Shown one piece after another: positions 34,601 through 44,597 of a stretch of DNA of 64,000 bases (position 1 is its first letter; every line of letters starts with the position of its first letter). A program made the translations under genes and the position numbers. Source of the DNA: Patescibacteria group bacterium UBA2211 (lineage in GTDB: Bacteria > Patescibacteriota > Minisyncoccia > Minisyncoccales > Minisyncoccaceae). The notes beneath the pieces are model-generated. The model ran no database searches. It was not told the origin of the DNA and was given only the letters and a program-made list of their open reading frames with translations. Where the stretch lies: assembly GCA_002327845.1 (NCBI GenBank), contig DCUP01000006.1, positions 70,015 to 134,014 of the forward strand, read 5' to 3'.

Positions 34601-36478
34601 TTATTGTAATTGATTTATCTTCTTAACAACGTCTTCATCTAAAGGATTTAAATCAAAAGCTTTTTTGTATTCAACTAAAGCTTCGTCATACTTTTCATCT
34701 TCTTCTAATAATCTAGCTACTGCTACATAAATATCATAATTCTGAGGAGCTAGAGACTTAGCTTTCTCATATGCAACAATCGCTTCTTCTGTTTTATCTT
34801 CTATGAGGAAATTAGTATTTTCATAAACTAAACCTAAGTTCTGCCAACTTTGAAAATTATTCTTATCAGTATCGCAGGCAACTTTTGCCGCTGCCTCAGC
34901 TTTTGCAGCACTGTCTTTAATGGATTGCTTCTGCTCTTCTTTCTTGTCTCTAGTAGTCCATTTTTGTTCAAAATCTTCACTGGCTTTTATTAGGTACAAT
35001 TGTGAGAGACCGACATAGTAGTCGCCTGACTTCCACAAACTTGAAGCTTTTTCCATTTCTGATATTGACTCGATAATCGCTCCTTGATTATTAAAATTAT
35101 TTATTGATTTTTGATAATGAATCTCTGCTCTATAATAATTTATAAAATTAAAAATAATAAATCCTAAAATGATAAAAAGTGAGGAAAGAACTATTTTAGC
35201 AATTTTTTGAGAAGGAACGTCGATAATTCTTTCTTGCCCTTTCTGCTGTCCATCCCAAAGACCTAGAGTAAAAAACAATAAAAAGAGGGTGCTTGTATCT
35301 ATCCTGTAAAAGAACATTAATAGAGTAAGACAGAAAAGTGTCGGAAATAATAAATCCAAGACATTCACTGGATTATTTTTCTTTTCTTTTTTAAAACTTA
35401 AAAAATAAGTAAAACCTTGATAGTAGAAAAAAGAAATCAAAAGTAAGAATAAAAAAACTAATAGGAATCCTCCTGTTACGAAAAAAGTTAAAAGAGGAAT
35501 AGATCCTTCTTTAAATATTAAAGAAGAATCAACCGTGTTAAAACTTTTATCCTTGTATAATGAAAATTGATAAGAATAGGTTGATAATCCAGAACCGATA
35601 AAAAAGTTTTTAAAGCTTTCTCCTAAACTTTTTTCTGCTATGTTCCAGCTTGATTCATAAGAAAGTCTTGATTCGTTTACCTTATCAACAAAAGGATTAG
35701 GTAAAAAGAAAAATGATAAGAAAATAAGAATCAAAGAAAAAGAAAGAATTGTTTTTTTTCTTCTGAATACAAAATTACTCTCGAGCATGCTTCTCCAAAA
35801 AACAAAAAACATTCCTATCGCTACAAAAAACCAAGAAAGCTTGAAATCTATTAATATTAGAGAAGTTAAAAGTAGAACAAAAAATGTTCCCATTGAAGCC
35901 ACTCTTACAATATTATAAGACTTTCCTTTTCTAAAATATTCAAGATTATTAAAAACAAAAGAGGTTAAAATAACAAAAGCCATTGAAATGATAATTGCTG
36001 TTCCAGAGATACTATCAAAAACAACTGGACTCGTCCCTGTGAATTTCTTAATAATATAAAGGATTGATAAAACAGATGAACCAGCAACAAAATATTCTAA
36101 TATCTTTACAGTGCCCCTCCTTTTAATAGTACTTGATAGATAAAAAACTATAAAACAAGATAAGAATACTATTAAAGCATCGGCTTGAAATGGACGACCC
36201 CAAAAACTTAAAAATATGTTTTTAGAAAATAAAGAAGATAACAAGAGAGAGAACATTAAAAAAACCACTATTCTTTGCAGCGGACTATCTCTAAAAGTAA
36301 TCTTTTTTGAAAGAAAAATATTTAATAATAAAAGGAAAAAAATAGTAAAAGCAAAAACTAAAAGAAATGCTTTTTCATTTAAAACCTGTGAAACGTTTAC
36401 TTGAGGAATGAAAAAAAATGGAAAAAAGAATACAAATAAGCAAAAGATGTTTTTAGATATTTTCTCAAGATTAATCAT
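34601..36478 (-). CDS. O-antigen ligase-like polytopic membrane protein with C-terminal TPR repeats
   Basis: More than 10 hydrophobic segments. C-terminal TPR-like AIVAYEKAKSLAPQNYDIYVAVARLLEEDEKYDEALVEYKKAFDLNP. Confidence 0.6.
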   Translation of the reverse strand: MINLEKISKNIFCLFVFFFPFFFIPQVNVSQVLNEKAFLLVFAFTIFFLLLLNIFLSKKITFRDSPLQRIVVFLMFSLLLSSLFSKNIFLSFWGRPFQADALIVFLSCFIVFYLSSTIKRRGTVKILEYFVAGSSVLSILYIIKKFTGTSPVVFDSISGTAIIISMAFVILTSFVFNNLEYFRKGKSYNIVRVASMGTFFVLLLTSLILIDFKLSWFFVAIGMFFVFWRSMLESNFVFRRKKTILSFSLILIFLSFFFLPNPFVDKVNESRLSYESSWNIAEKSLGESFKNFFIGSGLSTYSYQFSLYKDKSFNTVDSSLIFKEGSIPLLTFFVTGGFLLVFLFLLLISFFYYQGFTYFLSFKKEKKNNPVNVLDLLFPTLFCLTLLMFFYRIDTSTLFLLFFTLGLWDGQQKGQERIIDVPSQKIAKIVLSSLFIILGFIIFNFINYYRAEIHYQKSINNFNNQGAIIESISEMEKASSLWKSGDYYVGLSQLYLIKASEDFEQKWTTRDKKEEQKQSIKDSAAKAEAAAKVACDTDKNNFQSWQNLGLVYENTNFLIEDKTEEAIVAYEKAKSLAPQNYDIYVAVARLLEEDEKYDEALVEYKKAFDLNPLDEDVVKKINQLQ

Positions 36479-36482
36479 GATA

Positions 36483-37742
36483 TTATTTTACACCACTTGC
36501 TGCATTCTGCCCAGCTACATATCCTGTAGTCCAGCACATTTGTAAATTATATCCTCCACAAGGACCATCCAGATTGATTGCTTCTCCAGCAAAATACAAA
36601 TTATTAATTATTTTAGACTTCATTGTTTTTGAATCTATCGTTTTTAAAGAAATACCGCCATGAGTTGCCATGGCCTTATCAAAACCAAGAAGGCCGACAA
36701 TACTAATTTCAATCTTTTTCATAAACTTAACTAATCTCATCCTTTCTTCTTTAGTAATATCGTTTCCCTTTCTATCAAAAGAAATACTACTAAAATTAAG
36801 AATAAACGCAGAAAACTTTTCTGGAAAGAAATCATTCAAACATTTTAGAATATGTTTCTTTCTGTTTTTATTAAAGACAGACAAAATAAACTTATCTAAT
36901 TGTTCAGCGTTCTTGGTAGGAAATAAATCAATTGTCATTTTAACTTTTCCCTTTTCTAATAGGTCCCCGATTATTCTACTCATATCTAAGATTAACGGAC
37001 CGCTAAAACCAAAATGAGTAAATAATATTTCTCCCCTTCCCTCGCTTTCTTTTTTTTGATTACAAAACAGAGAAATAGAAACATCTTCTAAAGAAATTCC
37101 CTGAAGACTTTTAGTCCATTGCTCTTTAGTTTCAATAGGAGTTAAGGCTGGCTTTGTATCAATAATATCGTGTCCTAATCTTTTAGCCCAGATAAAACTA
37201 TCTCCCGATGATCCGGTACTGGGATAAGACCTTCCTCCTGAAGAAATAATGAATTGATCGGCTTCTATTTCTTTTCCATTCAATAAAGAAATAGAAGTAA
37301 TGAGTTTTCCTTTTTTATTTACTTCCTTAACTTCTGAAGAAAACAAAATATCAACTTTGTATTTTTTCAATAAAGAAACCAAAACATTTAAAATATCTTT
37401 GGCTTTTTCAGAAGCTGGAAATACTTTACCTTTTTCGTTTTTCAATTCTACCCCATTATTTTCAAAAAATTCCATTGTTTCTTTAGTTCCAAAAACAGAA
37501 AAAGGAGATAAAAGAAAATCTCCTTCCTTGCCAAATTTACTACAAAAATCACGAATACTTTTTTCGACGTGAGTTAAATTACATCTTCCACCACCAGTCA
37601 TTAAAAGCTTAATTCCTATCTTTTCATTTTTTTCAATTAAAGCAACTTTTGCTCCCATCTCTCCTGCTTTAATTGCTGCTATCATTCCTGCTGGTCCTCC
37701 TCCAATGACAGCAATATCATATTTTTTTGAAACTTTTTCCAT
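36483..37742 (-). CDS. HI0933/BaiN-like FAD-dependent flavoprotein
   Basis: YDIAVIGGGPAGMIAA, TGGGRCN, FAGE..N.DG.CGGYNLQ. Start at Met17 (37742) abuts the ychF stop. ORF-track start is 37790. Confidence 0.8.
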   Translation of the reverse strand: MEKVSKKYDIAVIGGGPAGMIAAIKAGEMGAKVALIEKNEKIGIKLLMTGGGRCNLTHVEKSIRDFCSKFGKEGDFLLSPFSVFGTKETMEFFENNGVELKNEKGKVFPASEKAKDILNVLVSLLKKYKVDILFSSEVKEVNKKGKLITSISLLNGKEIEADQFIISSGGRSYPSTGSSGDSFIWAKRLGHDIIDTKPALTPIETKEQWTKSLQGISLEDVSISLFCNQKKESEGRGEILFTHFGFSGPLILDMSRIIGDLLEKGKVKMTIDLFPTKNAEQLDKFILSVFNKNRKKHILKCLNDFFPEKFSAFILNFSSISFDRKGNDITKEERMRLVKFMKKIEISIVGLLGFDKAMATHGGISLKTIDSKTMKSKIINNLYFAGEAINLDGPCGGYNLQMCWTTGYVAGQNAASGVK

Positions 37743-37743
37743 A

Positions 37744-38811
37744 TTATTTTCCACTTTTAATTTCAATAACGTCTCCGTCTTGAACAACATATTCTTTTCC
37801 TTCTGTTCTAATCATTCCCTTTTCTCTTGCTGCAGAAAAACCTCCACACTCTATTAATTTTTCCCAATTAATTACTTCTGCCTTAATAAATGTTTCTTCA
37901 AAGTCAGTATGAATTGCGCCTCCGGCTTGAGGAGCTTTATCTCCTTTATGTATTGTCCAAGCCCTTGTTTCGTCTGATCCAGTTGTTAAAAATGTAATCA
38001 ATCCTAAAAGATCATATGACTCTTTAATTAATTCATTCATTTTTGGTTCTGGAGAAAGACCAAAAGATTCTCTTTCTTCGGAACTCATATCTCCACTTTC
38101 TGATTCAGTCAAAACGTCCATAAAGATATACCTCCAATTATTTTTCTTGAACACTTCTAAAACATCTGGAGAAATATCCTTTTCTTCTCCATTTAACAAA
38201 TACAAACGTGGCTTTGATGATAACAATTGATAACTTTTAATTATTTTTGTTTCTTCTTCATCCCAATTAAAATCAGATGGCATCTTTCCTTCTTTTAACA
38301 AAACCTCTACCTTCTTTAATACTTCTAATTCCTTAATCGCTTTTTTGTCTCCCGACTTTACTTCTCTTTCTAAAGAGTACAATCTCTTCTCAACCGTCTC
38401 TAAATCTTTTAATATCATTTCCATGTCTAATATTTCCTTGTCTTTTAATACGTCTATCGTGGGACGAGTATTAACAATTGTTTCATTTTTAAAACAACGC
38501 AAAACATATACGATAGCATCGACTTCTCTAATATTAGCTAAAAATTTATTTCCTAATCCTTCACCCTTACTTGCTCCTTCAACTAATCCAGCAATATCAA
38601 CAAATTCAATCGTGGTATATATTTTCTTTGCTGAATGCGTTAATTCGGCCAATTTATCAACTCTGATGTCTGGCACAGCAACAACACCGACGTTTGGGTC
38701 GATGGTGCAGAAAGGATAATTAGCAATATCCACTTGTTTTTTTGTAATTAGCTGGAATAGGGTTGATTTTCCCACATTAGGAAAACCGACTATTCCGATA
38801 TGTAATGACAT
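37744..38811 (-). CDS. ychF: Ribosome-binding ATPase YchF
   Basis: GIVGFPNVGKSTLF, DIAGLVEGAS, TGSDETRAWTI, C-terminal TGS-like EGKEYVVQDGDVI. Confidence 0.95.
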   Translation of the reverse strand: MSLHIGIVGFPNVGKSTLFQLITKKQVDIANYPFCTIDPNVGVVAVPDIRVDKLAELTHSAKKIYTTIEFVDIAGLVEGASKGEGLGNKFLANIREVDAIVYVLRCFKNETIVNTRPTIDVLKDKEILDMEMILKDLETVEKRLYSLEREVKSGDKKAIKELEVLKKVEVLLKEGKMPSDFNWDEEETKIIKSYQLLSSKPRLYLLNGEEKDISPDVLEVFKKNNWRYIFMDVLTESESGDMSSEERESFGLSPEPKMNELIKESYDLLGLITFLTTGSDETRAWTIHKGDKAPQAGGAIHTDFEETFIKAEVINWEKLIECGGFSAAREKGMIRTEGKEYVVQDGDVIEIKSGK

Positions 38812-38812
38812 T

Positions 38813-39634
38813 TTATTTTAATAATACCTCAGCTTCTCTTTTTAAACTTTCTAACTGTTTCTTTGGTATATTAACCTTTTTAGAGAATTTATCAATATCA
38901 AGACTTAAAATTTCACAAGCGAGCATAATTCCTTCATTCTTAAATATGTCAGCTTGATAACCTTTAAAAGAAGGAAGAATAGTTATAGGATATAGTTTGT
39001 TTCTATCAATTATATCCTCTAGTCCTTCATTTTTAGGATAATCCCATCCCAACAATCTTATTCCTTTACAGGTTGAATATTTAATAGCTTGATCGGTAAA
39101 TCTAACATTGGTTACAATAAAGAAATTAAGATTACCATTAAGCTTTCCGCTATTTTTAATGTCATCTAAGACGGCAAATCCTTTCAAACAAACATTAATA
39201 TCTATCTTATCTCCTCCATTGTTCCTATACTTACATTCTCCGACATAAGTAGTTCCTTCTTTCTCGGCTATAAAATCTGTTTCGTAACTACTACATTTGC
39301 CAGATAATATTCTGCTTCCCTTGACTTTCATTCCTGATTTAGAAAGAACTTGTCTTACAAAATCCTCAAACACAAAACCAGCTGGTCCTAATTTCTTCAT
39401 TCCCTCTTTTAGATTAAATCTTAAAGAAAATTGAAGGTTTTCTCTTTTTAACTTATTCTTAACTTTTTTAAATATTTCTGATGTCTTGATTCCGTCATAA
39501 ATTTCTCCCTCTATTTCATTAGAAATATCTTTAGCTAAAAAAGCAGGAGCCCCTGCTTTGATTGCAGAATAATATACTTTTTTTACAGAAAAGTTTTCCT
39601 TTTCTCCGTTAAGCTTTATTACTTGATAAGCCAT
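38813..39634 (-). CDS. ATP-cone domain fused to a PD-(D/E)xK (restriction-endonuclease-like) domain
   Basis: N-terminal ATP-cone-like VIKLNGEKENFSVKKV. FEDFVRQVL...ETDFIAEKEGTTYVGECKY (D...E.K). The ORF track starts at 39643; the ATG at 39634 abuts the upstream stop. Confidence 0.65.
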   Translation of the reverse strand: MAYQVIKLNGEKENFSVKKVYYSAIKAGAPAFLAKDISNEIEGEIYDGIKTSEIFKKVKNKLKRENLQFSLRFNLKEGMKKLGPAGFVFEDFVRQVLSKSGMKVKGSRILSGKCSSYETDFIAEKEGTTYVGECKYRNNGGDKIDINVCLKGFAVLDDIKNSGKLNGNLNFFIVTNVRFTDQAIKYSTCKGIRLLGWDYPKNEGLEDIIDRNKLYPITILPSFKGYQADIFKNEGIMLACEILSLDIDKFSKKVNIPKKQLESLKREAEVLLK

Positions 39635-39635
39635 A

Positions 39636-39914
39636 TTATTCAAACTTTGATTTAATATTTTCTTTTACTCTCTCGTATTTATTTTTAATTCCTTTAACTT
39701 TAAAACTCAATCTAATGTATTGTAATCCAAAAAGAATAATAATTATTCCGACAAAATAAGCAAATATCTTTAAAGCTTCTTCTGGCCAAGCTATAAAAGA
39801 AAGACCAAGAGCTATAGCTACTAAACCATTCAAGAATACAAGCCACCAATTTCCACTTACTTCTTTAACATAATTATCTACTACATTAATTACGAAAAAA
39901 TTTGATTTTTCCAT
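39636..39914 (-). CDS. DUF308/HdeD-like small membrane protein
   Basis: GNWWLVFLNGLVAIALGLSFIAWP pattern. Two or three TM segments. Confidence 0.6.
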   Translation of the reverse strand: MEKSNFFVINVVDNYVKEVSGNWWLVFLNGLVAIALGLSFIAWPEEALKIFAYFVGIIIILFGLQYIRLSFKVKGIKNKYERVKENIKSKFE

Positions 39915-39921
39915 ATATTTT

Positions 39922-40476
39922 TTAATTACTTCTTATATTATGAAAACATTTTCTACAAACAGGAACATATGTATAAGTTCCATCTTCAGGAACTACAGAT
40001 GGAACACCGTCAATAATTATTTTACCATCCTTAAAGATTGAAGTGTAAACCGCATTCGGTTCTTTACAAATCTCGCAAACTGATCTTTTAAACTTAACTT
40101 CTTTAGGGCCTAGTTCCATCAACTTCTTAACTATCCCAAACATTTCTCCTTTGTAATCCATATCTAATCCAGAAACAAAAACTTTAACATCTCTATTTAG
40201 CAACTCTTTAATTGCACCAACATCTTTCTCGTCAAACATATGAACCTCATCAATTCCGACAACCCTAGCCTCTTCATTAAGAATATCATTAAGAGAAGAT
40301 ATCTTTTTGCAACTAATAGATAGTCCAGTTCTTGACCACATACTTTCATTTCTCACGTCTTTAATCGGCTGATAAACTTGAAAAGGAATATTAGTATACT
40401 GCAAATGATTAAAAAGACTAATCATCTCTAAAGACTTTCCGCTCTTCATTGGGCCGATTATCAATGTTAAATTCAT
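39922..40476 (-). CDS. tdk: Thymidine kinase
   Basis: GPMKSGKS P-loop, GIDEVHMF, C-terminal zinc ribbon C..C ... C..C. Confidence 0.9.
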   Translation of the reverse strand: MNLTLIIGPMKSGKSLEMISLFNHLQYTNIPFQVYQPIKDVRNESMWSRTGLSISCKKISSLNDILNEEARVVGIDEVHMFDEKDVGAIKELLNRDVKVFVSGLDMDYKGEMFGIVKKLMELGPKEVKFKRSVCEICKEPNAVYTSIFKDGKIIIDGVPSVVPEDGTYTYVPVCRKCFHNIRSN

Positions 40477-40478
40477 GC

Positions 40479-40808
40479 CTATCTATTATCTCCACTTCCA
40501 TGAAGTTCATTTCTCTGTTGTCTTGATTGTAATTTTTCCAAATTCTTTTGGGCAACATCTTCTAAGGAAATTTTTAGTTCTTTTGATAAATTAGCAACAT
40601 ACCACAAAACATCTCCTAGTTCTTTTGTTATTTCTTCTTTTTTTTCTTCTGAAACTATTCCATTACCATCTCTAATAACTTTCTTTATTTTTTCGGCCAC
40701 CTCTCCTGCTTCTCCAGCTAAACCAAGTGTTGGATAAATAAAATTATTATCTTTGTTTGGATAGATAGCTGTCTTTCTTGCTTCTTCCTGGTATTCTTGA
40801 AATGTCAT
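40479..40808 (-). CDS. MazG-like nucleotide pyrophosphohydrolase
   Basis: MTFQEYQEEARKTAIYP...LGLAGEAGEVAEKIKK...ELGDVLWYV. ORF-track start 40844 would overlap the upstream gene. Confidence 0.8.
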   Translation of the reverse strand: MTFQEYQEEARKTAIYPNKDNNFIYPTLGLAGEAGEVAEKIKKVIRDGNGIVSEEKKEEITKELGDVLWYVANLSKELKISLEDVAQKNLEKLQSRQQRNELHGSGDNR

Positions 40809-40815
40809 ATTTATA

Positions 40816-41328
40816 TTAATTATTATTTTTATAATTTCTGCCAATTATGAAATAAGCAATGATTCCTCCCATTAAAGCTGTAATTAATTGAGGATAGCTC
40901 ATCATTACCGCTATCTTGTCTGCAATAGCTTGTTTAACAAAAAAACTAATTAAGAAGTTACTTACTAAGAATAAAAATGAAAACTTTAATAGCGCGGCCG
41001 GAATCAAACCTAAAAAGAAATTATTCTTTCTTAGTAGACTGAATATGTATACTAATAAAAAGTTTCCCATTATTATAAAGGGAACCATCGGAGCCATAAC
41101 CATAGGTAATAAACCAAACATTAAGGAAATTACACTTGGTAAAAAACAAAGTAAGGTTGCTCCTCTCATTCCCAATAAAACAACTGATATTAAAAGCGAT
41201 GCATTAACTATTGTTCCTGTTATTATTTGATTATTTATCATTGGTGCAAAACAAACGATAAGAAGCAAAACAAAAAATTGCACTAAAGATAATACTATTT
41301 TTTTGTCTAATGATAATGCCTGTTCCAT
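40816..41328 (-). CDS. Polytopic membrane protein (possibly an ECF-type substrate-binding S component)
   Basis: Five or six hydrophobic segments. Family not identified with confidence. Confidence 0.4.
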   Translation of the reverse strand: MEQALSLDKKIVLSLVQFFVLLLIVCFAPMINNQIITGTIVNASLLISVVLLGMRGATLLCFLPSVISLMFGLLPMVMAPMVPFIIMGNFLLVYIFSLLRKNNFFLGLIPAALLKFSFLFLVSNFLISFFVKQAIADKIAVMMSYPQLITALMGGIIAYFIIGRNYKNNN

Positions 41329-41329
41329 A

Positions 41330-43060
41330 TTATTTTTCTTTTATTATTTTTATCTTATCTTTTTCTTTTTTAGAATAATGAGTATGGCATATCTTATGAA
41401 TATTCTTTTTATTCTTAAAGAAATCCTTATAAAGAAGATCTACTATTGGGCTTTCATGGGCCATTCTTAATCCCCATTTTTTATCTACCTCATATAAAGC
41501 TAATGCTCTCTTCCTTCTTATCTCCTTATCTGTCGGCATTGGTTGTCCTCCTCCTCCAATACATCCGCCAAGACAAGTCATCACTTCAACATAATCATAT
41601 AGTTTGGGATTATCCTTCAACTTCTCTAATAAGTTTTTAGCGTTTCCCAATCCATTAACAATCGCCACATTAACAACGATATCTCCTATTTTAATTTTTG
41701 CTTCCTTACATTCCTGCATTCCTCTTATCTCCTTAAAATCAATTTTCTTTAATTTCTTTCCTGTTACTTTTTCATAGACAGTACGTAATGCTGATTCAGT
41801 CACACCTCCTGTTGCTCCATAAATAACACCGGCTCCAGTATATTTATCCCAGGGAGCATCTGGCTCTTCTTCTTTAATTTCACTAATATCTATTTGCCTC
41901 TTCTTTAATAATCTGCTTAATTCTCTAGTTGTTAAAACGTAATCTATCGGCTTTAAATCGTCAACGTATAATTCTTCTCTTGTTGCTTCATATTTTTTTG
42001 AAGTACAGGGCATAACAGAAACAACGACGATCTTTTTAGGATTAATCTTTTCCTGCTCAGCTAAATAAGTTTTGGTTAGTCCTCCTAAAATTATTTGCGG
42101 AGACCTAACCGTTGTTAAATTTTTCATGAACTGAGGATAATTAAGTTCAACAAACTTAACCCATGAAGGACAACAAGAGGTAAACATTGGTAATCCTTCC
42201 TGATTAGTCAATCTTTCGATCAACTCTCCGCCCTCTTCTATTGTCGTGATATCTGCTCCAACAGAAACATCAAAAACCCTATCTGCTCCTAGCTTCCTTA
42301 TTCCAGCTACCATTTTTCCTGTAACAACTGTTCCGTAGTCCATTCCAAATTCTTCTCCCAAGCTACTTCTAATTGAAGGAGCAAATTGAAAAACAACATA
42401 TTTGTTTTTATCGTCTAGTGCACGTTCAACATCATTAATAGCATCAACTTCTTCAAAAGCCCCACTCGGACAACGAACTAAACATTGACCACAATAGATA
42501 CAATCTTTCTTCTCTTCTTTTGATGGGCCAACTTCCCAAAAAGAATTATTTTCTTCTACAGTTAAAAATCCTACTCCTTGTTTATCGCACATTTCAACGC
42601 AATTATGACAATCAATACATTTTGAAGAATCAAATATAATTGATGGCCCAAACTGATACTTTGGGAAAAACTTCTTCCTATCTTCAAATTTAGTTATTTG
42701 TATGCCACATTCCTTAGCTAAAGCAAGAAGTCGACAGTGATAATTCCTAATACAAGTAGGACACTGCTCGATATGTTGAGAAAAAAGAAGCTCTAAATTA
42801 GTTTTTCTAATTTTCTTTATTTCTGAAGAATCAGTAATAACCTCCATTCCTGGTTCTATTTCAACAGAACAAGAAGTATGTAATCCTTTTCTATCCTTAA
42901 TTGAAACCAAGCATAATCGACAACTGCTTTTCGGTTTTAAATCAGAATGATAACAAGCGGCGGGAATCTTAATATTATTCCTTCGTGCTACCTGAAGAAT
43001 AGTTTCTCCTTTTTCTCCGACTACTTCTTTATTATTAATTTTAAATTTAATATTTTTCAT
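41330..43060 (-). CDS. hydA: [FeFe]-hydrogenase catalytic subunit (2Fe-2S + 4Fe-4S N-terminal domains + H-cluster)
   Basis: H-cluster motifs FTSCCPSW, MPCTSKKYE, EVMTCLGGCIGGGGQP. N-terminal plant-type ferredoxin-like and CxxCxxCxxxCP motifs. Confidence 0.9.
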   Translation of the reverse strand: MKNIKFKINNKEVVGEKGETILQVARRNNIKIPAACYHSDLKPKSSCRLCLVSIKDRKGLHTSCSVEIEPGMEVITDSSEIKKIRKTNLELLFSQHIEQCPTCIRNYHCRLLALAKECGIQITKFEDRKKFFPKYQFGPSIIFDSSKCIDCHNCVEMCDKQGVGFLTVEENNSFWEVGPSKEEKKDCIYCGQCLVRCPSGAFEEVDAINDVERALDDKNKYVVFQFAPSIRSSLGEEFGMDYGTVVTGKMVAGIRKLGADRVFDVSVGADITTIEEGGELIERLTNQEGLPMFTSCCPSWVKFVELNYPQFMKNLTTVRSPQIILGGLTKTYLAEQEKINPKKIVVVSVMPCTSKKYEATREELYVDDLKPIDYVLTTRELSRLLKKRQIDISEIKEEEPDAPWDKYTGAGVIYGATGGVTESALRTVYEKVTGKKLKKIDFKEIRGMQECKEAKIKIGDIVVNVAIVNGLGNAKNLLEKLKDNPKLYDYVEVMTCLGGCIGGGGQPMPTDKEIRRKRALALYEVDKKWGLRMAHESPIVDLLYKDFFKNKKNIHKICHTHYSKKEKDKIKIIKEK

Positions 43061-44036
43061 TTTTAATTACCTTTTCAATTAAAGATATAAAAGGAATTGG
43101 AATTCCTCTTCCTAATGCACAAAAACTTGACTCTTTAAGACTTAAAAACAACTCATCTAAAATATCGTAATCGAGTTTTTTCTTTTTAACCATTTCATAA
43201 ATTCTGTAAGCTCCCTCTCTACAAGGAACACATTTATCACAATTTCCAAGATGAAAAAATTCAGCCCATTTTTCCATTAGTGCAAAAACATTAGTTTTCT
43301 TTCTATCAAAAATAGTAATTGAGCCAGCACCAGAAACTGGCCTATTCAATTCTTCCATAATCATTATCTCTCCAGATGCTCCTCCTCCAACTTGAGCAAA
43401 AAAATCAAATGAAGGATAATTGCCTGTCTTTTTTAAAACTTCAAAAATTGTCATCTCCTCTGGAAGTTCATAAACTCCAGGATTTTCTACGTCTCCATTA
43501 ACAGAATAAAATCTCTTTTTTTCATATTTGCCCTGAGCAATCTTAGAAATATAATAGAAAGTTTCAACGTTGTTCATTAAAGTTGGACAGCCAAACAACC
43601 CACTATCTGTTAAAAAGGGTGGCTTCTTTCTTGGTTCAGCTCTTTTACCTTCTATTGATTCACAAATAGCTGTTTCTTCTCCTCCAATATACCTGGCTTT
43701 TTTTTCAAAAATAATTATTTTTCTTTTCCCGATTGCCAGCTTAATACTCTCTTCCATTTCTTTAAAATATTTACTATTAATGTAAATATATCCAGTTTCC
43801 GCAGAAATAGTTTCCATGGCTAAACTAATTCCGTTAATAACTTCACCTAGGTAGTTTTTTAAAATATATCCATCTTTAAAAACATTAGGTTCTCCCTCTG
43901 AAGCATTACAGATTACGTATTTAACTTTTCCCTTAGCTTTCTTGGCTAATTCCCATTTTAAACCAACGGGAAAGCCTCCGCCTCCACGGCCCTTTAATCC
44001 TGAATCCTTAAGTTTTTTTATTATTGAATTTGCCAT
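43047..44036 (-). CDS. NuoF/HydB-like flavoprotein subunit (short form, 329 aa)
   Basis: GRGGGGFPVGLKW, NASEGEPNVFKD, GNCDKCVPCREG. Confidence 0.8.
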   Translation of the reverse strand: MANSIIKKLKDSGLKGRGGGGFPVGLKWELAKKAKGKVKYVICNASEGEPNVFKDGYILKNYLGEVINGISLAMETISAETGYIYINSKYFKEMEESIKLAIGKRKIIIFEKKARYIGGEETAICESIEGKRAEPRKKPPFLTDSGLFGCPTLMNNVETFYYISKIAQGKYEKKRFYSVNGDVENPGVYELPEEMTIFEVLKKTGNYPSFDFFAQVGGGASGEIMIMEELNRPVSGAGSITIFDRKKTNVFALMEKWAEFFHLGNCDKCVPCREGAYRIYEMVKKKKLDYDILDELFLSLKESSFCALGRGIPIPFISLIEKVIKNEKY

Positions 44037-44037
44037 A

Positions 44038-44520
44038 TTATCTAGTAAAAACTATTGCCAAATTAAGCATTGATGCGAATCCAACCCAATATAAATATGG
44101 AATAAGAAGATATGATGAAATTTTTGAAATCTTACCAAAAGACAATATCATCATAATTATCATAATTAATAAAATTACAATATCAATAAAAGCTAATAAG
44201 TACTGCCCCAAACCAAAGAATATAATTGGCCACAACAAATTAAGAATTAATTGAACAAAGAATAGTATTAATAATTTTTTAACTTTTTGTTTTTCTCTTA
44301 ATTTCCATATTAAGTAAACTGATATTCCCATTAAGGTGTATAAGATTGACCAAACTGGGGCAAATATCCAGGTTGGAGGAAAGAAAGATGGCTTATCACT
44401 TATACTCAAATAAGTTTCAGGTATAGAAACTCCGGTTAATTGAGATCCAAGATATCCAGTCAATAAAGATATAGCTATAAAAGAAAATAGAAAAATGATT
44501 TGTTTTATTTTTTTCTTCAT
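44038..44520 (-). CDS. tspO: TspO/MBR family tryptophan-rich sensory protein
   Basis: PPTWIFAPVWSILYTLMG. Five TM segments. 160 aa. Confidence 0.85.
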   Translation of the reverse strand: MKKKIKQIIFLFSFIAISLLTGYLGSQLTGVSIPETYLSISDKPSFFPPTWIFAPVWSILYTLMGISVYLIWKLREKQKVKKLLILFFVQLILNLLWPIIFFGLGQYLLAFIDIVILLIMIIMMILSFGKISKISSYLLIPYLYWVGFASMLNLAIVFTR

Positions 44521-44597
44521 ATTTTATAGTTAACTTAATAAATTGATTATATTTCCTTTCTCTCTTTTACACAATGTTGACATAATAATAAAGTATT

